Position numbers and translations under genes: made by a program. Below the pieces are notes generated by a model, which saw only the letters and a list, made by a program, of their open reading frames with translations, did no database searches and was not told where the DNA came from. From Octopus vulgaris (Eukaryota), in NCBI GenBank assembly GCA_951406725.2, contig OX597814.1:179924001-179988000 (forward strand): 64,000 bases of DNA, in the 5' to 3' direction. Shown piece after piece: positions 52,788 through 64,000 of the stretch (positions are counted from its first letter, which is position 1; each line of letters starts with the position of its first letter).

Positions 52788-54092
52788 CATGTGTAAACGT
52801 GTACATTTTTTGAATTAAATGTATTTAATATTTTTTGTATATCGACTTGTCTAACTTGCTTGCCCTTAAATATACATACATACATACGTACGTGCGTACA
52901 TACGTAAACGTGTACATAATTTGTATTAAATATATTTAATATTTGCATATCGACTTACCTAACTTGCTTGTCCTTACATTTACCCCCTATAAATACGCAC
53001 GTGTGTGTGCGTGTGTGTGTGTGTTTACGTGTGTGTGTGCGCGTGGGGCGTGGGGCGGTTGTAGTATTATTAGTTCAATCTATTGATTCTCAACAAATTC
53101 TATAGAAGAATCCCCAGATACTTCTACGTGCAACAGATCTTCTGTTTTCTAAATTAATTTTTTCACATTGCGTAGAAATATACATATTTTTATTGCCGTA
53201 CTTCTTTCAATAAATTATTTTCATAACAGCAAAAACGAAAGCAAATTTTGACATTTACATCAAATTAACAATATTCAAGGAAGCAGAAATCAACAGAGGC
53301 ATATTGAAGGTGAATGCGATGAAATTGGTATTGGAATATTTAGAAACAAGCAATAAAGACGGCTTATTTACAATCTGCACATTACATTCTTTTGTATTTC
53401 TTGTGAAAATTTACACTATAAAAATCAACGTTTATAACCATAACGATACAGACAATCATAAGCAAAAACAGAGCTACTGACAATATATTCGATCGGTTGC
53501 ATTATATTTACTAATATACAAATACTGTCAAAAATTATGGCTATCTCAATCAAGTATTTTTTTCTTTAGATTAAGTCTTTTTTATTATTTTCTCCTTTTC
53601 TTTGACTTTCCCTTCGATTTTCTATGTTTAATCAGCGAAAATTTCCCGAAAGGTATGGTAGAGTTATTTTTCCTTAATCAGCTATGATTTTGCATTTTAA
53701 ATTGATTTTATGTCGTTTATTTAAAAAGAACTTTTGGGGGAAAAATTACCTGTCTCGGCGACAAAATTTTACATACCAATTTTACATACTGTCTATGCGG
53801 TAGAGAGAGAATGTGCGTGTGTGTGTGTGTGTGTGTGCAAGCGAAAGAGACACGAGAAATAAAGTGCTTTCAAATATATAGTGTGAAGCTGGAGAGGTCT
53901 ATCGCTAGACAATGCGTTAGACTACTCTATATTTTCATGATACATCCGACAGAATCCTTCATAGTTTCCCAATACTAACACCACAAGCTCTTTGTAGAGT
54001 GTATTTAGTCTTCATCTTCAGTCAATACTGAAATAGCAGGTCTTATGATTTATCTGCCAGTCAATCTATTTATTTATTTGTCTGTCTATCAA

Positions 54093-54151
<59 letters not shown>

Positions 54152-54159
54152 TCCCCTCT

Positions 54160-54208
<49 letters not shown>

Positions 54209-54659
54209 ATCTATCTATCTATTTATCTATTCTCAGAAATATATTTTCTGTTGGTCATATTGTACACTCTTTTAGTTAATTGCATGATGACATTTTCGGT
54301 CAGCTGCCTATGACGTTGGTAGCATTTTCAGTCTTAATTCTAGAGACACGCGCATACCTTGGTGTCTTACCTATATCGCTATATATTTTATCATCATACA
54401 TCGTTGTGATTGCCTGTCCCTGCACTGCAAAAGTATATCGTAAAAGTGAGAGGTAACATACAACTAGTTTGTTCAAAATAATAGTCTAAATCACTGTCAT
54501 TTTGAAATTTTCTGATACCACAATCGTGCACAATCTTCAACTAATAAACACTAATAAACAAAACGTGCTTCATCCTATAATCAGCTACAGTAGAGTTATC
54601 TTCCTCTGAGATTGAATCCTTGTCATTTTTTGCTCACGTATTATAAAACGTAGCTCTCT

Positions 54660-54971
54660 CTTTTTTCCTGCCCTTTTCAAGCCTAGCCAGGCTCATGGGC
54701 CCGGTTTCCCAGTTTCTATGGCATATGTGTTCCCTCCAGCTGGACGGGACACCAATCCATCGCAGCGTTACTCAAGAAACAGGAAGCGAGAGAGTGAGAG
54801 AAAGTTGTGGCGAAAGAGTACAACAGGGGTCGCCACCACCCCCTGCCGGAGCATCGTGGAGCTTTAGGTGTTTTCGCTCAATAAACACACACAACGCCCA
54901 GTCTGGGAATCAAAACCGCGATCCTCCGACCGTGAGTCCGCTGCCCTAATCACTGGGCCATTGCGCCTCCA
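54660..54971 (-). mobile_element. SINE family A, full length
   Basis: Colinear with 19411-19722. Confidence 0.9.
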
Positions 54972-55187
54972 CATACAACATAACCTCGCAACTAAATGGT
55001 GGCAACTCTCACCTTCTTTAACTCCAGATTTTTTAGGTCTCCTGGAGCGTTTCTTGGTCACGCAAACACCAACGGATACAATATTCTCGTCAATTCTGAG
55101 ATACATGCAGCACTGATAATTGGAAAGAGAAGTGATGCAGATCATTGATAATCATATTACTAATTTGGTCACAATTCTTTCGTTGTC

Positions 55188-56098
55188 CGAGGTGGTATCA
55201 AAAAGTTCAAGGACGAGTTATGTTTAATATAAAATCACTCATCTACCTAAGTTTTAACATCATCTCCTTTGAAATAGTCACCTTGCTCAACAATATACCG
55301 GCCCCAGTGTTCCTGCCATTTTTGGAATCCGGGCTGGAAGTCGTTTTCCGTAAGCGACTCAAAAACCTTCCGCGAATCACTCTGGATCTGAACAACGGTA
55401 TTAAAACAGTGACCTTTGAGCTGCATTTTCATCTTGGGAATAGATGAAAATCTGCAGGTGCTAAATGCGGCGAATAGAGCAATACCATTTTGATTTTTGG
55501 CGAGAAACTCAGGAGTGAGGGGAGCTTGGTGACAGAGTGCGTTGTCATCGTGAAGAATCCAATTCTTCGCGCTCTGGTCGCTTTCGCAGAATATCCTCCC
55601 TCAAACGCTTCAAAATTTTGCAGTAGAACTCTCGATTGACGATCTGGCCCCGGGGGGGGGGGTTAATTCCTAATGCACAATACCACATTTCCGTGGGTGA
55701 CGCTCGTGGTAGGTCTTTCCATGGATTATCGCTCGTCGTCTTCCAAGGAGGTTCTTCCGTTTTTAAAGTGCCTGTTCCACCCAAAACATTGCGTACGACC
55801 CATTGCCCCTTTGCTGTAAGCTTGCCGAAGCATGCTCAATGTCTCTGTAGCAAACTTCACAAGTTTTACGTAAAATTTTACGTTGGCTCTTTGTTCCTGT
55901 CCATTACAAAATCGTAGAGTACAGCATAGACGTGATCACAAAAACATAAATTTCACAACTTGCGAAGTAAACACAACGATGTCACTCGGTACACTGCTTC
56001 ATGAAGGTCACTGATAGCTCTCATTGCACACGCAATCGTGTACTATTATATGTTGGCGCGCTACAGGGCTAGCCCGGGAACCTTTTGATACCACCTCG
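55188..56098 (-). mobile_element. Internally deleted mariner element with both TIRs
   Basis: TIRs CGAGGTGGTATCAAAA at both ends. Transposase pieces ANVKFYVKL..ATETLSMLRQAY, GRTSLEDDER, GQIVNREFYCKILKRLREDI..KRP, HDDNA and LAPADFHLFPKMKMQLKG. Confidence 0.92.
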
Positions 56099-56235
56099 TA
56101 TATACATGTTCATATCAATTTATCATATGCACTCACGTGTGGATGTATGTATGTGTGTGCGTACATGTGTATGTATTTATGTATGTATGTATATATGTAT
56201 GTATGTGAACAATATAATCACTCATAATATGAAAG

Positions 56236-56372
56236 AAAACAGGTCCAAGCTCCACCGAGGTAGACTTTGCCTTTCATCCTTTCGAGATCGATAAAATTAG
56301 AACCGGCTGAGCACTGGAGTCGACCTAGCCCCTCCTCTGGCCTTGTACTATAATTTGAAACCAATATGAAAG
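56236..56372 (+). mobile_element. 5'-truncated family C-related SINE
   Basis: CCACCGAGGTAGACTTTGCCTTTCATCCTTTCGAGATCGATAAAAT, flanked by repeated AATATGAAAGAA (possible TSD). Confidence 0.7.
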
Positions 56373-56429
56373 AACGCAGACGGAATATTTCTCTCAAACC
56401 CTCTGTATAATGTAAACATAATATCAGTG

Positions 56430-56740
56430 CCATGGTGATCTGAGACTGAAATAAGAAAGTGTACTCACTGCATGAAATCAGTTTGTTTAGCAGGTGTTAA
56501 CACTATGTTAAATATTTTGTGACAGCGAAAAAAATATCTCGAACTAATGAGACATCTGCAGTTACTCCAGCCGGAATATAGCTTCAGCTTTATACCAATA
56601 ATTATCGGGGATATTTTACATGTAATTAAATGCCTCAGCACCAGTCTAGAGAGGCAGGTCTTCACAAATTCAGATATGGATAATTAGAAAATCACAGCTG
56701 CAAGCCAATAATGGAATTGGGAATTTATGTAAAATATTCC
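56430..56740 (+). mobile_element. RLE-type non-LTR retrotransposon C-terminal relic
   Basis: KKYLELMRHLQLLQPEYSFSFIPIIIGDILHVIKCLSTSLE. Homologous to 20805-21100. Confidence 0.62.
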
Positions 56741-56839
56741 ACAGGTGTAGCATGTAATTAGTACATATGTATACTCATGTAAGCATACAGAGATACGCTT
56801 GCTTAAGTCAAAATATAAAAGCCCACATAGATACTTATG

Positions 56840-57010
56840 TGCAGGCGCAATGGCCCAGTAGTTAGGGCAGCGGACTCGCGATCGGAGGATCGCGGATTCG
56901 ATTCCCAGACCGGGCATTGTGTGTGTGTTTATTGAGCGAAAACGCCTAAAAGCTCCACGAGGCTCCGGCAGGGGGTGGTGGTGACTCCTGCTGTACTCTT
57001 TCGCCACAAC
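56840..57010 (+). mobile_element. SINE family A, 5' half
   Basis: GGCGCAATGGCCCAGTAGTTAGGGCAGCGGACTCGCG..GATTCGATTCC. Confidence 0.88.
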
Positions 57011-57042
57011 ATAAACACACATACATATATATATACATATAT

Positions 57043-57180
57043 ACGACAGGCTTCTTTCAGTTTCCGTCTACCAAATCCAATCACATGGCTTTGGTCGGCC
57101 CGAGGCTATAGTAGAAGACACTTGCCAAGCTGTCACACAGTGGGACTGAACCCGGCGCCATGTGGTTGGGAAGCAAGCTT
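57043..57180 (-). mobile_element. SINE family B, 5' half
   Basis: Reverse complement matches ~11020-11157. Confidence 0.85.
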
Positions 57181-57181
57181 C

Positions 57182-57226
<45 letters not shown>

Positions 57227-57717
57227 TATGTGTGTGTGTCTGTGTCTGTAATATATGTGCAATTTCATCGATACATATATATACATCAAGTTAACAACAT
57301 GATATTTTGTCTTTTACAAGGAAAGAGCTCTGTTTCTGGATTAGAAACTAATACTTTCTTCATTGGTTTAAAATTCTAATAATTCAAACCAAAATACCAC
57401 ACATACATAAATACATACATATGTTAGTTTTATGCGTGTGTCTGTGCGTGAGAGAGATATGGAATGTGAGATAAATTTATAAATCGCTGATGACCGAGCA
57501 TTTTGACAGATAACCTCTCTCTGTTAAGCAAATATTTCACTTTGAACCTCTGTGTCTTTCAATCAGATTATTTAATGAATTTGTTTAAACAACCTACACT
57601 ATTGAAACAAGATATACAATTAAATGAGCACGTTTACCTATAAGTATATGTACATATATATGAATGTGTATACATACACGCACACACTCAAACGTATATA
57701 TATATATATATATATAT

Positions 57718-57789
57718 ATTTGTAGTTAATCCAAACAGAACAAAGAGAAAACACAACGCGAGGACGTGGAACAAGTATAGTGTTATAGT

Positions 57790-57835
<46 letters not shown>

Positions 57836-57984
57836 ACTATAACACTATACTTGTTCCACGTCCTCGCGTTGTGTTTTCTCTTTGTTCGTTTATATATATA
57901 TATATATATATAAACACTATAACACTATACTTGTTCCACGTCCTCGCGTTGTGTTTTCTCTTTGTTCGTTTGGATTAACTACAA

Positions 57985-57986
<2 letters not shown>
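57718..57986. repeat. (TA)n-centred inverted repeat with a tandemly duplicated arm
   Basis: AACAAAGAGAAAACACAACGCGAGGACGTGGAACAAGTATAGTGTTATAGTGTT occurs once forward and twice as reverse complement. Confidence 0.93.
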
Positions 57987-58017
<31 letters not shown>

Positions 58018-58331
58018 TCTTGTTCGCCAAAGGCCCTCTCCTTAACAAGATCTCAGAACACTCCCCAAATTGCATGCATAAGAATTATGCAAACTACAAG
58101 AACTATAGACCTACCCGGCAACCAGATTGATGACACCCCACCCACAAACCCCCCAATCCCACCGTTCCCCTAGCACCCCCGATTACCTTTTCTCCTAAGA
58201 CCTTTCACATATTGTATGTGTACGCTTGTATATGTGTACCGTATATATGTATAGAAATGTATGGGTATGGTAGGAATATACGCATGTATTATGTGTGTGT
58301 GCGTGTGTATGTATGTAAAAATATATATATA

Positions 58332-58371
<40 letters not shown>

Positions 58372-58456
58372 TATATGTATATATGTGTGTATGCATATGT
58401 ATATGTATATGTATGTATGTATATATATGTATGTATATGTAAAATATTATATAATT

Positions 58457-58649
58457 AGGGCTTAGTAAAATAAATTACTTTGCCACATACTGAACTTTCT
58501 AGAAATAGCAGCCAAAAAAGTTTTTTAGCCATTTCCACTACTAAAAGAAAATTTCTCTCAGACAATGTTTACTCAAAAATAATGGTCCTTTTACATACTG
58601 AATACTTGGTGAAATTGATTAATAACTAATTAACTTTACCCTCAATTGT

Positions 58650-58652
<3 letters not shown>
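58457..58652. repeat. Second, shorter member of the 17.1-17.8 kb element family
   Basis: 58457-58572 matches 17196-17312, and 58581-58652 is the reverse complement of 17092-17163. Confidence 0.88.
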
Positions 58653-58705
<53 letters not shown>

Positions 58706-58706
58706 A

Positions 58707-58761
<55 letters not shown>

Positions 58762-58913
58762 GTATGTATATATGTATGTATGTGTGTATATGTATATATA
58801 TATATATAAGTGTACGCGAGTATGTCGATGTATATGTAGGTATGTAGAGTTATGTGTATGTGCATGTATGTGTGTGTATATACAGATTGTAGATGGGTAT
58901 ATATACGTGTGTA

Positions 58914-58956
<43 letters not shown>

Positions 58957-59039
58957 ATATATATATATGTATATGTAGGTATGTAGAGTTATACGTATGT
59001 GCATGTGTGTGTGTATATGTGCATATATGTAGATAGGTG

Positions 59040-59084
<45 letters not shown>

Positions 59085-59414
59085 ATATGTGTGTATGTAT
59101 GTATATATATATATATATGTATATGTATATATATATTTATTTTTATATATATATATATGTGTGTGTATGTTTATATGAATGTTTCCGTCTGTATAAAGGG
59201 TAACTGCATGTATATATACTTATTATTTATTACTTATTACTTATTATTTATTACTTGAGTATGCGTTTGTATGCATGTATGTATTTATGTATATAAGGTG
59301 GCGCGTGAGTGTATGTATGTGTATGCACCTCTATAGAAATATGTATACTTTTATGCATGTATGTACTTATGTGTATATACGTGTATATATATATGTATAT
59401 ATGTTAAGGTATGT

Positions 59415-59600
59415 AGAAAAATACAACATGGACAAGAACGTATAACTCTTAGAAGACGATACAATAAACACGGACAGGACATTCGAAACCCTCAGTCTTC
59501 AGTCAAGAACCGGATCATCGTAGTAATTTCGGCTGATTAATCTTGAGATTACTAGATCACGGCCAGCCCTCCAAGAAAAACTAAGCAACGAGCATTAGAA
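59415..59600. repeat. Dispersed repeat, copy 2 (see 8005-8190)
   Basis: Direct sequence similarity to 8005-8190. Confidence 0.75.
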
Positions 59601-60321
59601 AAACTAAGCTGGGAGCGTAGATTTCCTGGAAGAAGGATCGAATGCATACGGACACCAGGACAGCAAAAGGGACGAATATAAAAAAACAAAAAAATAATGG
59701 AATACAGAAACATGAAATACAGAAGCATTAACGGTGAAAACAACAACAAGTGTCTTACGACTGATAACAAGCAAACAAATTTTTTCTCTGGCGCAAGGAA
59801 AGGAGCCTTATCGGCGATGCCTATAGCGGCGGACGAAAAACAACGATGTTAACACGACGCTGGTCAGAAGCTGAAAGGCAGATTTCGGCCAGCAGTCACG
59901 TGACAGAGAAGAGAGAAAAGAAAAGAAAGAGAAGCAACGGAAGAGAGAGAGAGGAGAGCGAGAGAGGAGGGACAAACGCGACAAAGAGCGAGAAGAGAGA
60001 GAAAGAAAGAATCAGAGATGTGTGTATGTGTACGTGTGTGTGTATGAGTATGTATGTATGTATACACACATGTGTATATATATATGTATGTATATATATA
60101 TATGTATGTGTATGTGTATGTATGTATATATATGTGTGTGTGTGAGTATGTGTGTGTATGTGTATGTATATATGTATATATGTGTGCATGTGTATGTGTG
60201 GGTATATATATATATATATATATATATAAGTAAGGAAAAAAATTTTTTTTAAATGCAGAATGCTCAAATGAAAGAAAATTTTAATAAAATGAGAAATTGA
60301 TAAAATATATAAATATATATT

Positions 60322-60362
60322 TATTCAACTGGTTTTCGTCATTGTATGACTTGTCAAGAATA
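60322..60362 (-). ncRNA. Hammerhead motif with U3-A8 core variant
   Basis: TATTC-TTGACAA-GTCAT-aca-ATGAC-GAAA-ACCAG-T-T-GAATA. Stems I and II are perfect; stem III is poor. Confidence 0.58.
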
Positions 60363-60469
60363 TTTATGTTTTAAAAAGTTTTTTTAAAAATTAGAAAGGG
60401 GAAAAAAAGAAAATTGCATTGTTTTTTGTAAAAGAATAATGATAAAAATGTACAAAAATTAAAAAATAA

Positions 60470-60700
60470 GTTCTCCGATACATTGTGAGTTCGTTGTGTA
60501 TCTTGAGTGTTATGGTTGTTCACGAAAAAATTACCTTGAGGTGTTAAGATCCAAAGGGATTAAGAGCATGTGTTGTGTTGTTTGATTCAGCATGTTTGCA
60601 GGACAGGAAGTAGTAGTAATTGTGGTTCTGGTTCTTCAGTTCCTGTGTTGTGAGTAAGGGGAGACAACTCTTTTGAGTTCTTCAATAAAACCCAAATTAT
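60470..60700 (-). mobile_element. Probable PLE GIY-YIG endonuclease C-terminal relic
   Basis: IKQHNTHALNPFG(L)N with a 1-nt frameshift resembles the PLE WIxxLxTxxPxGLN terminus, and lies upstream of the 60322 hammerhead on the same strand. Confidence 0.45.
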
Positions 60701-60783
60701 AAAATTATCATTTTAGCTTCATTTGCGTTATCTTTTTTATATAATTGCTTGTTAACTTAACTTTCAGATTTTAACACTTTATT

Positions 60784-60943
60784 TATATTATTTTCTAATT
60801 ATATAAATCTGCATAGATAATTGCATTTCAAATTGTCATATCATTTATAATATTGTTGTTATTACTATCATTTTTATTATAAATGATATGACAATTTGAA
60901 ATGCAATTATCTATGCAGATTTATATAATTAGAAAATAATATA
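60784..60943. repeat. Perfect inverted repeat, 69-bp arms, 22-nt loop
   Basis: 60784-60852 is the reverse complement of 60875-60943. Confidence 0.95.
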
Positions 60944-60972
60944 CATGTATGTATATGTACATGTGTGTAAGT

Positions 60973-61026
<54 letters not shown>

Positions 61027-61547
61027 AAGTTTATATGTATGTATCCGTCTGTATAATAGGTAACTACACGTATATATACTTAATATTTATTATTTATTAT
61101 TTTTTGAGTATGCATGTATGTATATGAATAACTGCACGTATATATATTTTATTTTTTTTATTATTTATTTTTTGAGTATGCATGTAAGTATATGAACTTA
61201 AGGAGGCGCGTGTGTGTGTATGTGTAAGCATATGTATAGATATATGTATACTTTTACGCATGTGTGTACTTATGTGTATATATGGATGCGCGTGTGTATG
61301 TGTGTGTATGGGTACGCAGGTGTAGGTGTGTGTGTATATATGTATATGTATGTATGTACATGTATGTATGTGTATATATATTTATGTATATATATATGTA
61401 TGTATATATATGTATATATGTATGTGTATATGTATGTATATGTATGTGTATGTATGCGCGTATATGTATGTATATGTATATGTGTGGGGGTGTGTATGTG
61501 TATATATGTATGTATGTATGGGTGTATGTATATGTATGTATATATAC

Positions 61548-61582
<35 letters not shown>

Positions 61583-62207
61583 TGTATTTGTATGTAGGTG
61601 TATATGTATGTGTGTATATATATTTATTGGTGTATATGTATGGACTAGTCTTCTAAGAGTGTACACATGAATCTGTAGGTACGCGTACGTATGTGTATAT
61701 ATGTGAATGTATGTAGATGTATGTATGTATGAATATAACGCGTGCGTGCGTGTATGTGTATGAGTGTACGAATGAGTGAGTGTGCGTGCTAATGAGTGTG
61801 CGTGCTAATGAGTGTGCGTGCGTGAGTGAGTGCTTGTGTTCGAGTAGAAAGATAAATGGACTTGCTGTCGTAGCCAAGATGCTTGTGACCCGCGGTCAAA
61901 GATAACAAAAGTAATAAATGAAGATAATAATAAAATTAAAATTAGGGAATGGGTTTGTATTTGTATGTATATGTGTGTATGTGTAGGTATGTATAGGTAC
62001 ACATATGTATATATATATGTATATATATATGTATATATATATATATGTGTATATATGGACTTGTGTGTGCATGTGTGTATGTAGATATGTGTGTGTATGT
62101 GTGTATGTGTATGTGTGTGTATGTATATATTTTTTTGTGTGTATATGTATGTGTGGGCGTGTGTGTATATATACATGTGTGTGTGTATATATATATGCAT
62201 GTATATG

Positions 62208-62278
<71 letters not shown>

Positions 62279-62561
62279 ATGTATGTGTGTATGTATATGT
62301 GTGTGTGTGTGTGTATATATATACATATGTGTATATGTATAAGTGAGAATCTCCTTATTTACCTAAAACTCTATTCTTCTATATATTTTTCTATATATTT
62401 TTTTATTCTTTTATTTATTCTTTTATCTAATTTACCACTGACTCCTTGACCACTCCCCCAAGTATGATATTTTTGCGCTATGCCTACCCCCAAAAAGTCC
62501 CCCACCACCACCCCTTTAAACCTGCCTAAATGTATAAATGCCAATACAATTCTTGTTAACT

Positions 62562-62612
62562 AGCTTCCTGATGATTTCTCTTGAATGAAACAGTTCTAGT
62601 CCTGTAGAAGCT
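62562..62612 (+). ncRNA. Type-I hammerhead ribozyme motif, canonical CUGAUGA core
   Basis: AGCTTC-CTGATGA-T-TTC-tctt-GAA-T-GAAA-CAG-ttctagtc-CTG-T-A-GAAGCT. 6-bp stem I, GUA triplet. Confidence 0.78.
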
Positions 62613-62634
62613 CCTTCTATATAATAAAATAAAA

Positions 62635-62712
<78 letters not shown>

Positions 62713-62860
62713 ATATATATATTAGTGCATATATATGCACTTGCACTTGCAGCTTTTGAATTAGATATCAGAAGGTTAAAAAAAGTAGAATAAATATGAC
62801 ATCCGGCGGAAATAGTCAATACTCTGGCGCTGCAAAAAGTCAGTCTTCGTACTGTGCACA

Positions 62861-62892
<32 letters not shown>

Positions 62893-63462
62893 GCACGCAC
62901 ACACACACACTCACACACTCACACACACACAATGAAAGAGCGCGTACATACAAACACATGTACAACACATACACATGTACATTTTATACGCACTCATCAT
63001 TTTAAAGATATTTAGTTTCATCTTATCCGAATTGGTTATTAACTATATACCTACTGTCGTGTCTAATTTAGTGTGAAATGTTAATTAAAAGCAATAAATT
63101 AAACAGTAGCAGACAACATCATCATATAGAACCAAACGAAGATTCAGACTCCAAGTTGTGCCAAATGGAATGACCCGTCCTATTAGAAATGGAACGTCTC
63201 ATATGCCTACATGATGTAGAAAATAACCTGTACGTTGTGAGCCGTCGAGTCAACACTGTAGTACTGTAGTATTTATCCTTCATGTAGCAATCCCACGTGG
63301 GAGCCCATACGTGTTCATGCGAGCAACTAGAAATTGTAGCTAAATCTGCTCCATATCACATCATAACGTTTAAATAAAAGGAGTCATTTCAAAAATGTAG
63401 TTCCAAATACCATATGTCTGAAAAGTTTTAAGTACATGATAATCAAACAGTGTCTGACTATA

Positions 63463-63664
63463 AGAGCTGGCAGAAACGTTAGCACACTGGGTGAAATGCG
63501 TAGCCGAGTTCAAATTCCGCCGAGGTCGACATTGCCTTTCCTCCTTTCGGGGTCGATAAGTAAAGTACCAGTTTCGCACTGGGGTCGATGTAATCGACTT
63601 AATCCCTTTGTCTGTCCTTGTTTGTCCCCTCTATGTTCAGCCCCTTGTGAGCAATAAAGAAATA
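63463..63664 (+). mobile_element. SINE family C with a small internal deletion
   Basis: Colinear with 34424-34656. Confidence 0.9.
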
Positions 63665-64000
63665 TATAAGTCAATAGATCAGAGCTGACCTGGAAATATA
63701 TTTTTCGTGTCAAGGGTGAAATAAGCCGTGTGAAGTCTTGTCCTCCCGATTGTTAACTACAGAGAAATATAACTAGTATGAGAATAGAATAAAATGAATT
63801 ATGGCAATTAGAGGACGAACCGGTGTCTTTAACTTGTCTCTCCAAGAACGATGCTACAACATCACATATAAAAAGGTCGTTTCTGTCACCATGAATTTCT
63901 GGCCTACGTCTTCGTATCTTACTCTGCGATAACATGGGGAAATGTTTCTACCATATTTTTCTCTGGCATTGTGAATAGAGTTTGATTTTGAAACTTCAAA

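Larger units (their letters stand above)
58212..62341. repeat. Compound TA/TG/CA low-complexity domain with embedded repeat fragments
   Basis: Long degenerate RY-dinucleotide tracts; source of the many YI/VC/HT pseudo-ORFs. Confidence 0.85.

Noticed and set aside
63753-63960. Transposase-like FPMLSQSKI segment
   Set aside because: The similarity is too short to assign.

Overview
AT-rich eukaryotic, repeat-dominated DNA with no intact host gene that I can support. Dense (TA)n/(TG)n/(GATA)n/(TTA)n microsatellites account for nearly all ORFs in the track. The repeat landscape is most consistent with a coleoid cephalopod (Octopus-like) intron or intergenic region; this is an inference and was not checked by search. 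Recognisable content: four tRNA-headed SINE families (here A-D), several with target-site duplications; relics of Tc1, mariner, maT and pogo DNA transposons and MITEs; R4/Dong-type restriction-like-endonuclease LINEs stacked in (TTA)n; CR1-like and APE-type LINE relics; and Penelope-like element (PLE) debris. The most notable signal, found by hand-folding, is about a dozen type-I hammerhead ribozyme motifs of several different sequences. Many have palindromic stem III, two show a compensatory U3-A8 core, and several lie in large fold-back inverted repeats next to (TA)n. Coordinates of degraded elements are approximate.
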